The notes beneath the pieces are model-generated. The model saw only the letters and a list, made by a program, of their open reading frames with translations, was not told the DNA's origin and did not search any database. A DNA stretch of 64,000 nt from positions 480 to 64,479 of the forward strand of contig VGLJ01000022.1 in NCBI GenBank assembly GCA_016866775.1, given 5' to 3'. Of this stretch, positions 18,869 to 28,509 are shown one piece after another; position 1 is the first letter of the stretch, and every line of letters begins with the position of its first letter. The stretch is from Candidatus Rokuibacteriota bacterium. GTDB lineage: Bacteria > Methylomirabilota > Methylomirabilia > Rokubacteriales > CSP1-6. Both the position numbers and the translations under genes were made by a program.

Positions 18869-19324
18869 ATGCCGGATGACACGCGAGAACCTGTAACGCT
18901 CGAGACGCTGCACCGGGATATGCAGGTCGGCTTCGCCGACCTGAAGAGCACGTTGATCTCAGGGTTCCGCGGCTTGCCGGGCCGGGAGACGGCTGAAGAA
19001 ATGGTGCGGCTGCTTCGCGAGGGCAACCGCATCCAGGAGACCCGCCTCATCGAGCTCGACGTCCTTGCGCAGCAACGTCACATGGAGCTGGACACGCTCA
19101 TCCGGCGGCAGCACCTCGAGACACACCAGATCCTCGGCGAAACCCACGAGATCCTCCGCGCAATGGCCGAGGAACACCGCGGAACCCGACAGACCCTCGA
19201 GGACGCGCGCGTCGAGACCCAGCAGGCCCTCCGTGCGCTCAGCGAGGAGATTCGACGTCTGGCCGCCCAGATCAGGGCACTGATCCGGGGGCGCCGCAAC
19301 GGGGGCGACGCTACTCGAGGTTGA
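18869..19324 (+). CDS. hypothetical coiled-coil protein
   Basis: Heptad-like, Q/E/R/L-rich sequence ([49 protein letters not shown]). The start is uncertain (18848 or 18869). Confidence 0.4.
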   Translation: MPDDTREPVTLETLHRDMQVGFADLKSTLISGFRGLPGRETAEEMVRLLREGNRIQETRLIELDVLAQQRHMELDTLIRRQHLETHQILGETHEILRAMAEEHRGTRQTLEDARVETQQALRALSEEIRRLAAQIRALIRGRRNGGDATRG

Positions 19325-21241
19325 AGCGCTTCAGGCGGGTGTAGAGCTGCGAACGGCTGAGGCCGAGGATCGCGGCGGCGCGCGAACGGGTCCCCTTCGC
19401 TGTCCTGAGCGCGTCGGTGACCATCTGCCGCTCCCAGTCTGCGAGCGACTGATGCCCGTCACCTGATTCGGTCCGCGCGGGTGTGGTCTCCGCCACGGCG
19501 GGGGACGAGGCGCCGCCACGCCCCCCGCGGGGGGCCGCGATCGCGAGCTGCGCCGCCGTGATCAACCCACCGTCCGACACGATCAAGGCGCGCTCGATCG
19601 CGTTCGACAGCTCGCGGATGTTGCCCGGCCACGAGTGAGAGAGCAGGACGTCGCGCGCGTCGCGGCTCAAGCCCGGCTCGCCCTTGCCCATGCGGCTGCC
19701 GATCTCGCGCACGACGTGGTCGGCGAGCAGGAGGACGTCGTCACCGCGCTCGCGCAGCGGCGGCAGATGCACGGCGAACACGTTCAGGCGATAGAAGAGG
19801 TCCTCGCGGAACCGGCCCGTGTCGACTTCACGTTCGAGATCCCGATTGGTGGCGGCGATGACCCGGACGTCGGCGCGAATCGTCGCCGTGCCGCCGACGC
19901 GCTGGAACTCGCGCTCCTGCAGGACGCGCAGGAACTTCGCCTGGACCGCGGCCGACAGCTCGCCCATCTCGTCGAGGAACAGCGTGCCGCCCTGCGCCTG
20001 CTCGAAGCGGCCCGGCCGCTGGCGATCGGCGCCGGTGAACGCGCCCTCCTCGTGCCCGAAGAGCTCGGACTCGAGCAGCGTGTCGGGCAGCGCGGCGCAG
20101 TTCACGGCGACGAACGGTCCGTTCGACCGCGTGCTGCCGTGATGGATCGCGTGCGCGACCAGCTCCTTGCCCGTGCCGCTCTCGCCCGTGAGCAGCACGG
20201 TGGTGTCCGTCGTCGCCACCTTCGCCGCGCGCTGCAGCTCCTGACGCAGCGCCGGCGCGCGGCCGACGATGCGGTCGAAGCCGTAGCGCTCGCCGAGCTC
20301 CGTGCGCAGCGACTCCAGGCGCTCTTCCAGGCGGCGCGCGCGCCCGCGCTCCTCACCGAGCCGCTGGTGCTGGATCGCGAGCACGACTTGCGCGGCGATC
20401 GCGCCGGCGTCCGACGCATCGAACCAGTTCGGACGCTGCTTGCCGAAGTAGAGGCCGCCGCCGACGCGCTCCCCGAACCTCAGCGGCAGCGCCATCACCG
20501 AGCGCCCGCCGCCCTCGATGATGAGGTGGTCGCCGGGGAGCGAGGGATCGGGCTCGGTCGTCGCGTCGTGGGTGATCACGGCCTCGCCGCGCAGCACGCG
20601 CGCCGCCATCGAGAAGCTGTCGAGCGGCATCCGCGGGGCGTCGGCACGTGCGCCTGATCCTCGGGATTGACCTCGGCGATGACGTCGATGTCGCGGCCGC
20701 TCGGCGTCACGATGCCCACGCCCATCACGTCGAAGTCCATCGCCGGCCGCACGGTCTCGGCCACGCGCTCGAAGACTTCCTTCACGTTGAGCGTGGAGCC
20801 CGGCACCACGGGCAGCCGCTCGAGCGCCGTCATGCGCTCGCGCCGGCGCCGCTCGCGCGGGCGCAGCACCGCGTTGTCGACGGCGGGCGCGATGTGGTCC
20901 GCGACGTGACGGCCGAGCGTCACGTGCCCCTCGGTGTAGGCGCCGGGGGTCAAGGAGGGCCCACTCCGAGACCGTGTAGCGCGCCTCGCGCTCGACGTCG
21001 GTCGTGTAGTGGTCCTCGTGCACACGGGGCCACGCACGACGTGCTCCGCGAACACGCGGAACGTGCGGCCGTTCTCGTCGAGCGCGTCGACGACGAGCCG
21101 ATCGTGCGGGAGCACGGGCTGGAGCACGTCGGACAGCGCGGCGAGCACGCGGTCCCGCGGCACGTCGTCGCGCAGCGAGACGGCGACGGAAGCAAGCGAC
21201 GCCCCGAGATCCCCGACGGGATGCGGATCGTGCGCGGCCAC
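19311..21241 (-). pseudogene. sigma-54-dependent (NtrC/Fis-type) transcriptional activator with N-terminal GAF domains, disrupted by three frame breaks
   Basis: AAA+ sigma-54 core ([22 protein letters not shown]) and a C-terminal Fis HTH in ORF 19311..21023. The GAF region switches frame at ~21020, ~20948 and ~20635. The GTG start overlaps the pfk TAG by 1 nt. Confidence 0.7.
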
Positions 21242-22488
21242 TAGCGACCGACGAGCGGCCCGAACCGGCTGCGGAGCTCCGTCTCGGTGAGGTTGCCCGC
21301 CTTCGCGAGCGCGGTGACCGTGTCCGGGTTGTCGAAGTCTTCGGGCTTGAGGCGGATCATGTACGCGTTGAGGGTCTGGTACGCCTCGGACTCCATGTCG
21401 ACGTAGCGCACGCGGATCTTGCCGGTCTTCGGGTCCAGCATCAGCCCGAACGGAATCGGGACGAGCCGGCCCGCCTGGATCGTCACCATCGCGTTGGTGC
21501 CGCCGTCGAGCAGGAAGCGCGTGGCCCAGTAGCCGAGGCTGCGGCAGTACTGGATGTCGGTCGCGCCGGGCGGCGCGCAGCGCAGCTCGTAGCCGAGGTC
21601 CTTCGCCACGATCGTCACGTCGAGGCCCCGCGCGCGCAGGTTGCGCGCCACGCAATCCTTCACGAGGCGCCCGAGGTCGAGCTCCGCGAGGCGGACGTTG
21701 CCGTAGGCGTCGCGCTCGACGTCACCGAGCGTGCCCGGGTCGAGCTTCTCGGCGATGCCCTCGGCGAGCAACGCCACGCCGTGCTCGCGGCCGTGCGAGC
21801 GGCGCTTGATGATCGCGCCTTCGAGGATGTCGGCCACGCGATCGAGGCTGACCTGGCCCTCGGGGAACTCTTCGGCGACGACGGTGAGCGTGGCCGCGGC
21901 GGCGCCGCCGACGCCGAGCGCCAGGTGCCCCGCGTGGCGCCCCATCACGGTGACGAAGAACCACCGCTCGGTCGTCGCGGCGTCGTTCATCAGGTTGCGC
22001 ACGAGCTCCTTGCCGAGGTTCACCGCCGTCGTGAAGCCGAACGTCATGACGTCGCCGGGCAGAGGGAGATCGTTGTCGATCGTCTTGGGCACGTGCGCGA
22101 CCGTGAGGCCGGGCATGGAGCGCGCGAGGCGCGACGCGCTGAAGCAGGTGTCGTCGCCGCCGATGGTGATCAGATGATCGACCCCGAGGCGCTAGAGCGT
22201 CTCCGCCACGTACCGGATGCCGTCCTGGGTCTTCGTCGGGTTCGTGCGCGAGGTCCGGAGGATCGAGCCGCCCTCGAAGTGGATCCGCGACAGCTCGCCG
22301 ATGTCGAGCTCGGTGACGTGCGACGTGTCGCCCTGGACGAGCCACTTGAAGCCGTCGTAGCAGCCGAGCACGCGTAACCCGTGGTTGCGCGCTTCGATCG
22401 TGGCCGCCGCGATGACCGCGTTGATCCCCGGCGCCGGTCCGCCGCCGACCAGGATTGCGAGCGTCTTGGGTGAGGACATCCCTTCCAT
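21241..22488 (-). pseudogene. pfk: 6-phosphofructokinase, probably PPi-dependent (GGDDT motif), interrupted by an in-frame TAG
   Basis: Two track ORFs, 22192..22488 and 21241..22116, are split only by a TAG at 22192-22194 where homologs have Glu. The 75 nt between them encode RLGVDHLITIGGDDTCFSASRLARS in frame. Other motifs are GGGPAPGINA, MGR and PKTIDND. Confidence 0.75.
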
Positions 22489-22672
22489 CCTACGCCCGCC
22501 AACGCGCCGCGCACAAAGCGCGGCCCGGGGTTTGGGTCCTCAGCTGTCGGGCCCCATGGTCAAAGGTACGCGAGGAGGCGGCCGGCGGCGATCACGCCGA
22601 TCCAGAGCACGAGCGACGCCACCGCGGCGGCGCGCGCGGTGATGGGCACCGGCTCGACGAGGACGAGGAAAC

Positions 22673-23473
22673 TTAGAACGCCGGCCCTCGGAGGCCGATC
22701 AAGAAGCCCGCAAGCATATCCCACCCCGACGTATGACCTAGCGACGTCAGGTCACGCGCGGCGCGGACCGTGTCTTCGCGATTCGCATCGACGAGGGCGA
22801 GCGCGAGGGCGTGCAGTGGTTCCCACCCTTCGCCGCCCGCGAGATCCTCCAGGAGCCGGGCGCTGATCGGATGGGTCAGCGTGGCGGCATCCGCGACGAT
22901 CCGCGCGGCGGCAGTCTTCCACGCGGCGGGATCCGTTGCGGTCACCAGACACCGCGCGAAGAGCGCACCACCGACGTAGTCGTCGCCCGACGGCGTGAGC
23001 CCGGGGCCGAGCCCGAGCAGTGAGTGCGCCGCGACCGCGAAGGCCGCGGCGTCGTCCGTGGCGGCTGCCTGCGCCAACGCGTGCGCGTGACCACGCGCGC
23101 GCGACGTGACGAGATCGTCGCCGGCGCGCGGCAGCGCGAGGCGAGCGAGGCCGCGCGGCTCGCCGAGGCTCCCGATCGCCTCCTTGAGCCTCCGCGCGAC
23201 GTCGCGGCCGTCACGGAGCGCCGCGAGGGCAGGAGGGCGCCACGGCGTGGCGCTCGCGACGATGACATCGATCGACGGCTCGGCGCCCGCGACCGGCGGC
23301 GCCGAGAGCGCCACGCCGCGCGGGTGCAGCGGCGTGCCCGGCGGGCCGACCCAGATCAGCTCGCCGGCGGCCATCGCATAGACCGAGGTGGAGAGCCGCG
23401 CGATCACGTCCGCGCGCCCGCCGCTCGCCGTGAGCGCCGCGTGCGCCCGCCAGCCGATCGCCTTCACCGTCAT
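22673..23473 (-). CDS. DUF2877 (YlbF/AllH-like) protein
   Basis: 266 aa with GLGPGLTPSGDDY, as remembered for the E. coli YlbF family. It lies next to FdrA-type, DUF1116 and carbamate kinase genes. Confidence 0.5.
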   Translation of the reverse strand: MTVKAIGWRAHAALTASGGRADVIARLSTSVYAMAAGELIWVGPPGTPLHPRGVALSAPPVAGAEPSIDVIVASATPWRPPALAALRDGRDVARRLKEAIGSLGEPRGLARLALPRAGDDLVTSRARGHAHALAQAAATDDAAAFAVAAHSLLGLGPGLTPSGDDYVGGALFARCLVTATDPAAWKTAAARIVADAATLTHPISARLLEDLAGGEGWEPLHALALALVDANREDTVRAARDLTSLGHTSGWDMLAGFLIGLRGPAF

Positions 23474-23636
23474 TCGTCGAGGCGAGCGAGCTGCGCGGCG
23501 ATGTCGGGCGCGCCGGCCGGCGGGCGCCAGTCCACGTGGACGACCGTGACGCCCTCGCGCTCGAGCTCCTCCGCGAACAGCTCGAGACCGACGTTGACCA
23601 CGTTCAACGGCCGGCCGAGCAAGCTCGTCAACGCCA

Positions 23637-24707
23637 TCACGTGTCTCCGAGGATCTTCGGCGCCAGCGTCGGATCGAGCGCGAGCGCCGCGAACCGTGCC
23701 GCCTGCGTGTTCGACGGGAGCACCTCCACTCCCGCGTGCTTCAGCGCGTCGATCTGCGCCGCGCGGTCCTGCGGGTCGGCATCCGTCCCGACGACCGACG
23801 CCACCACGCGCAGCGCGCGGCCGTCACGCTCGGCCTCGCGGCGCGCGTCGCCGATCGCCGCGGCGAGTGAGCGCGCCGGATCGGGATGCGCCGCCCGTCC
23901 GAGCACGAGGTCGAGCAGCAGCACTCCGACCCCGGCCGTCCGGCCGGCCTCGCGGACGAGGCCGTCGCGCGCGGACGGATCGATCATCGGATGCGGACGC
24001 CCTCGCGTGAACTCGTCGGCGCCGAGGTCCATGACGCGATGGGCGCTCGTCGCCGCGGTGCCGACGTTCCCGCCGACCGGTCCGATGAGCGGCTCGAGCA
24101 CGAGGCGGGCCTCGTGCGCGAGCGTGCCTCCGGTGTAGAGCGCGAGCAGCCCTGCGCGCGCGTTCGTCACGGCGAGCCGGGCCCGTACGCTGGCGGCATC
24201 GCTGAACGTCGTCGCCCGCCACGCCTGCCTTCGCACCGCCGCAACGGCGGCACCGTCCATGCCGTTCTGGCCGTTCAACCCCGGCGCGCCGTCCTTCCCG
24301 TTCTGACCGGCGGGGCCGGGCGGACCCTGGAGGCCGGCGCCGCCGATCGTGAGGTCCCAGAAGTCCGTCCGGGAGTCGCCGTTGCCCGTCGACACCATCA
24401 GGCGGTAGTCGCCCGGCTGGATGTCGATCGGCAGGCTGGCGGCGACCTGCGTGGGGTGGGCGCTCACGACACCAAGCGGGGACCCCGCGAGCACGACCTG
24501 GGTCGTCCGCTGCCTGCGCGTGAGGTTCACGCCGTTGATGACGATCTGGTGCGCGCCGGCGTCGACGTGAATGCTGCCGATGACGAGATGCTTCTTGTGG
24601 TCGTCGTCGTCATCGGCGTGCGCCACCGGCGCCGCGCCGCCGAGCGCGACCAGGAACGCCACGAGAGCCACGATCACGAGCCGTCCGATCTCCGTCATGT
24701 TCCGCAT
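23637..24707 (-). CDS. chimeric ORF: signal peptide, beta-rich domain, collagen-like (GXY)10 segment, and a C-terminal domain homologous to FdrA residues ~330-486
   Basis: GGAGGAGGAG precedes MRNMTE. Signal peptide LVIVALVAFLVALGGAAPVAHA|DDDDD. Collagen-like run GAGLQGPPGPAGQNGKDGAPGLNGQNGMDG. The tail (GRPHPMIDP...VLLLDLVLG...PSNTQAARFAAL) aligns to the end of the 28506..29966 FdrA protein. Confidence 0.5.
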   Translation of the reverse strand: MRNMTEIGRLVIVALVAFLVALGGAAPVAHADDDDDHKKHLVIGSIHVDAGAHQIVINGVNLTRRQRTTQVVLAGSPLGVVSAHPTQVAASLPIDIQPGDYRLMVSTGNGDSRTDFWDLTIGGAGLQGPPGPAGQNGKDGAPGLNGQNGMDGAAVAAVRRQAWRATTFSDAASVRARLAVTNARAGLLALYTGGTLAHEARLVLEPLIGPVGGNVGTAATSAHRVMDLGADEFTRGRPHPMIDPSARDGLVREAGRTAGVGVLLLDLVLGRAAHPDPARSLAAAIGDARREAERDGRALRVVASVVGTDADPQDRAAQIDALKHAGVEVLPSNTQAARFAALALDPTLAPKILGDT

Positions 24708-24852
24708 CGCCGTCTCCTCCTCTGCCTTGGCCGGTCCGCCCCGGGGGGCCGGCGTTCGTTCCTCGCGACGCGACACGAGTACCGAGGAGGGCGCAAGATT
24801 TCGTCAAAGCCATCGTCAAAAGCTCGTCAAAGGCGGGACGACCGGCTGCTGG

Positions 24853-25557
24853 CTAGGCTGGTCGAGGGCGTCGTGGGCCAGCCACGATAGACACCCCGTC
24901 GAGCGCGCGCAGGAGCCGCTCGCTCTTCGCGACCCAGCCGAAGATGCCGCCCTGGGCTTTCACCATGGCGAGGGCGGCGGCGTGGAGCTCGGGGAAGTAC
25001 GAGGCGACGCAGTCCTCGAGGACCAGGCACTCGAAGCCGCGATCGTTCGCCTCGCGCACGGTCGTCTGCACGCAGACCTCCGTCGTCACGCCCGTCACCA
25101 CGAGGCTCTGCACGGCGAGGCCGCGCAGCCGCGCCTCGAGCTCCGTCGCGTAGAACGCGCCTTTCCCCGGCTTGTCGATGACGAGCTCCTCCGAGGTCGG
25201 GCGGAGCTGGTCGATGATGCGGTGGCCGGGCTCGCCGCGCACGAGGATCCGTCCCATCGGGCCGCGGTCGCCGATGCCCTTCGCCAGCCGCCCGCGCCGC
25301 CGCTTCGACGGCGGGCAGTCGCTGAGATCGGCGGTATGGCCTTCGCGCGTGTGGATGACCTTGAGGCCGCGCGCGCGGAACGCGTCGAGGACCTTGCGCG
25401 TGGGCGCCACGGCGTGCCGGAGGAGCGCGACATTGTTCCCGAGCATCTCGCCGAACCCGCCGCGCTCGAGGAAGTCGCGCTGCATGTCGATCACGAGCAG
25501 TGCGGTCCCGGGGGGATCGCAGACGAACTCGTACGGCTCGGCCTGCACCGTGATCAC
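24853..25557 (-). CDS. isochorismatase-family cysteine hydrolase (RutB / biuret hydrolase / N-carbamoylsarcosine amidase-like)
   Basis: [10 protein letters not shown], the conserved Lys region, and [14 protein letters not shown] with the nucleophilic Cys. GTG start in ATGTGA overlap with the carbamate kinase stop. Confidence 0.7.
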   Translation of the reverse strand: MITVQAEPYEFVCDPPGTALLVIDMQRDFLERGGFGEMLGNNVALLRHAVAPTRKVLDAFRARGLKVIHTREGHTADLSDCPPSKRRRGRLAKGIGDRGPMGRILVRGEPGHRIIDQLRPTSEELVIDKPGKGAFYATELEARLRGLAVQSLVVTGVTTEVCVQTTVREANDRGFECLVLEDCVASYFPELHAAALAMVKAQGGIFGWVAKSERLLRALDGVSIVAGPRRPRPA

Positions 25558-26534
25558 ATCTGGAAGGAGAGCTGCATCGCGTCGTTGGGGACGACGAGCG
25601 TGCCGGCGCGGCCGCGCACGCCCTCGAGCGCGTCCTCGAGCGCGCAGATCGTCGCCTGGCCGCCGCCGTCGTGGACGAAGCGATACGCCGCGCGGACCTT
25701 GGGCCCCATGCTGCCGGCGGAGAACGGCTCGCGGACGAGCAGGCCTTCGAGCTCGGAGAGCGTCACCCGGCGGAGAAACTGCTGCGTGGGCTTGCCGAAG
25801 TCGACGGCGACGCCGGGCACGTCGGTGAGGATCAGCAGCGCGGCCGCGCGAACCTCGAGCGCCAGACGCGCCGCCGCCGAGTCCTTGTCGACGACGGCCT
25901 CCACGCCCTCGAACCGCCCGTCCGGGCGGCGCAGCACCGGCACGCCGCCGCCTCCGCACGCGATCACGACCGCGCCGACGTCGAGCAGCGCGTGGACGAC
26001 GTCGACTTCCACGATGCCGAGCGGCTGCGGCGACGGGACGAGCTTGCGCCAGCCGCGCGCGTCGACTTCCGTCCACACCTCGCGCTTGTCGCGCATCCGC
26101 TGCTCGGCCACGGCGCGCGGCAGGAACGGGCCGATCGGCTTCACGGGCGTCGCGAACGCCGGATCGTCCGCGTCGACGAGCACCTGCGTGACGATGCTCG
26201 CGACCGGCCGCGCGAGGCCGCGCGCCCGCAGGGCGTTCTTCAGCGCCTGCTGGATCATGTAGCCGATCTGGCCCTGGGTCTCGGCGCCGCACACGTCGAG
26301 CGGCACCGCGGGCACGAGATGCGACGCGGCCTCGTTCTGGATGAGCAGGGTGCCGACCTGGGGGCCGTTGCCGTGCGTGAGCACGGGCTGGTAGCCCTCG
26401 GCGATGAGCTGCACGATCTGCTCGCACGTGCGGCGGATGTTGTCGTACTGCTCCGTGTAGCTGTTGAGCTGCTTGGATCTCAGGATCGCGTTGCCTCCGA
26501 GCGCGACCACGATGCGATGCTCGTCGAGTCGCAT
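25554..26534 (-). CDS. arcC: carbamate kinase
   Basis: [10 protein letters not shown] and the carbamate kinase signature THGNGPQVG; 326 aa. TGATG overlap with the upstream gene. Confidence 0.85.
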   Translation of the reverse strand: MRLDEHRIVVALGGNAILRSKQLNSYTEQYDNIRRTCEQIVQLIAEGYQPVLTHGNGPQVGTLLIQNEAASHLVPAVPLDVCGAETQGQIGYMIQQALKNALRARGLARPVASIVTQVLVDADDPAFATPVKPIGPFLPRAVAEQRMRDKREVWTEVDARGWRKLVPSPQPLGIVEVDVVHALLDVGAVVIACGGGGVPVLRRPDGRFEGVEAVVDKDSAAARLALEVRAAALLILTDVPGVAVDFGKPTQQFLRRVTLSELEGLLVREPFSAGSMGPKVRAAYRFVHDGGGQATICALEDALEGVRGRAGTLVVPNDAMQLSFQM

Positions 26535-27928
26535 CAGCCGGCGAGCGCTTCGAGCGCGGCGGTGAAGCAGCCGAGCGGCGCACGCACCACGCCGGCGCCG
26601 ACCTGGCCCACGCCGGCGACCTTGCTCGCGATGCCGGTGTTGATGATCGGCGCGATGCCGGTCTCCACCACGCGCAGCACGTCGATCCCCGCGGGCGCGC
26701 CACGCTCGTCCAGGCTGGCGATGCGGAAGTGCGGGTGCTCGGCGTGGCAGATCTCGCGCATCGCGTCGGTCGTGGCGAGCGCCTCGGCAACGCCGCCGGC
26801 GCCGAGGAAGCGCGCGACGGCGGGGGAGGCGGCCATCGCGCCGCCGCCGAGCCCGATCGTCTCGACGATCGCGCTGTCCCCCATGTCGGGATTCGCGTCG
26901 TCCGGGCCGTAGCCGGGGAAGTAGAGGCCGACCGGCATCTCGACGGGTGCGACGAACCACCGCTCCCCGAAGTGCGACACGCGGATGCCGAAGTCCGTGC
27001 CGTTGCGCGCCATCGTGGTCACGAGCGTGGAGCCCGGCACGCCGCCCGCCGGATCGACCATCGATTTCCCCGCCGCCATCGCAAGGTTCAGGAAGAACTG
27101 GTCGTGGCCGGCGAGGAACTCGGCGAGGCGCGCGGCGGCGTGATGCCGGTCGGCGACGCGCGCCACGTGCGGCATCAGGGCGCGGACGAACAGCGACGAG
27201 GCCCCGACGTTGCGCTGGTGCATCTCGTCGCCCATCCGGAGCGCCTGCGCCATCAACGGGCGCAGCTCGATGCCCTGGCTCGCGCGCAGCGCGGCGCCGA
27301 ACAGCGGTCCGGCTTCCTGCGCGAGCCAGGTGAGACGCGCGATGACCGACGCGTCGTTCGCGCCGTAGCGCAGCACCTTGCCGAGCCCTTCGTTGATCGT
27401 CACGTGCGCGCGGTTGCCGTGCGCGCGGTTCTCGACGACGAAGACCGGCATCGACGCGGTGAGCACGCCCGCCATCGGCCCGACGGCGCGCCGGTGGTGG
27501 CAGGGCTCGAGCCGCACGTCGCCGCGGACGATCAGTTCGGCGGCCGCATCGTCGTTGGCGGCCCAGCCCTCGTAGCGGATCGCGCAGAGGATCGCCGCGC
27601 GCACCGGCGGCGCCACGCGCTCCCACGCGATCGGCGGCCCCGAGTGGAGGACGAGCCGGTCCGGCAGCTCCATCGCCTCGCGCGCCGGCCGGCAGTCGAG
27701 CAGCACCGGCTCGCCGTTGACGAGGATGTCGAACGCGCGCTGGTTGGCGGCGTCGATCTCCGCGCGTCGCGTCTCCAGGCGCGCGAGGAGCGCGGCGAGC
27801 GTCGCGTCACCGCCCGCGGGCGGGCGCCAGTCCACGCCGACCACAGGGACGCGAAGCTGCGCCAGCGCGTCGGCGAAGAGATCGAGGCCGACGTTCACGA
27901 CGCGCGGCGGGTTCGGCAGCGCGCTCAT
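26534..27928 (-). CDS. DUF1116 (YlbE/AllG-like) protein
   Basis: ~464 aa starting [18 protein letters not shown]. Placed between FdrA and carbamate kinase, as in the E. coli fdrA-ylbE-ylbF-ybcF arrangement. The family assignment rests on size and context. Confidence 0.5.
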   Translation of the reverse strand: MSALPNPPRVVNVGLDLFADALAQLRVPVVGVDWRPPAGGDATLAALLARLETRRAEIDAANQRAFDILVNGEPVLLDCRPAREAMELPDRLVLHSGPPIAWERVAPPVRAAILCAIRYEGWAANDDAAAELIVRGDVRLEPCHHRRAVGPMAGVLTASMPVFVVENRAHGNRAHVTINEGLGKVLRYGANDASVIARLTWLAQEAGPLFGAALRASQGIELRPLMAQALRMGDEMHQRNVGASSLFVRALMPHVARVADRHHAAARLAEFLAGHDQFFLNLAMAAGKSMVDPAGGVPGSTLVTTMARNGTDFGIRVSHFGERWFVAPVEMPVGLYFPGYGPDDANPDMGDSAIVETIGLGGGAMAASPAVARFLGAGGVAEALATTDAMREICHAEHPHFRIASLDERGAPAGIDVLRVVETGIAPIINTGIASKVAGVGQVGAGVVRAPLGCFTAALEALAG

Positions 27929-28509
27929 TCGAGCTCCAGCGCGAGGTCGCTCACGCGAAACCCGCTGATCGGATTCAGGTCCATCGGGCACGCGCTGACC
28001 GCCGCGACGAGGTCGATCAGCGCGCGCAGCTCGACGACGTCGCCCGGCTTCGCGAGCGACTCCAGCCACTCGGCCCGGCCGTCGACGTAGCGCATGTGCT
28101 GGAAGAAGTTCACGGGTTGCGGCAGCTGGTGCCGCGCGCGCGCCCACGGCGCGAGGACTTCGAGGAAGTTGTCGGAGCAGTTGCGGTGGCCGGTGACGCC
28201 GAAGTCCAGCTCGTAGCGCCACGGGTCGCACGCGGAGATGAGCATGTCGTGCCGGCCCGTGTCGTCGCGCGTGATCTCGACCATCGGCCGCCGCCGGTTC
28301 GTGCGGAGCCGGTCGCCCGTGGTCGGGAACAGCCGCTGGAGCGAGACGAGCGTGTGCAGCGTGCTGAGCGACTCGTCGAGATCCGCCGCGTTGAACGCGA
28401 CGAAATCCGCCACCTGCTTGCCCTGCACGTTGACGATGCGCATTCGCTGCCCCGCGCGCAGCGTGACGGCACGCGCGGTCGTCGCGGGAATCTCGATGCG
28501 CTGGCTCAT
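27925..28509 (-). CDS. DUF1989 (urea-carboxylase-associated family) protein
   Basis: 194 aa starting MSQRIEIPATTARAVTLRAGQRMRIVNVQGKQVADFVAFNAAD...RDDTGRHDMLISACD. The pattern is recalled for TIGR03424/03425-type proteins. ATGA overlaps on both sides. Confidence 0.45.
   Translation of the reverse strand: MSQRIEIPATTARAVTLRAGQRMRIVNVQGKQVADFVAFNAADLDESLSTLHTLVSLQRLFPTTGDRLRTNRRRPMVEITRDDTGRHDMLISACDPWRYELDFGVTGHRNCSDNFLEVLAPWARARHQLPQPVNFFQHMRYVDGRAEWLESLAKPGDVVELRALIDLVAAVSACPMDLNPISGFRVSDLALELE

Noticed and set aside
22192-22194. TAG codon reassignment or amber suppression as the explanation for the pfk internal stop
   Set aside because: TAG terminates several intact, well-conserved genes in the window (Rieske, amidohydrolase_2, LLM oxidoreductase, LigA). 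A nonsense mutation or a base error is more parsimonious.
22489-22672. The hairpin GCCGCGC-ACAAA-GCGCGGC, considered as an intrinsic terminator
   Set aside because: No U-tract on either strand. It lies in the leader of pfk, so it is more likely an incidental GC palindrome or a 5' UTR structure.
24301-24420. The GXY nucleotide periodicity (ggcccgggcggaccc...) considered as a tandem repeat or CRISPR-like array
   Set aside because: It is a coding collagen-like (GXY)10 run inside an ORF. No repeat-spacer structure exists anywhere in the window.
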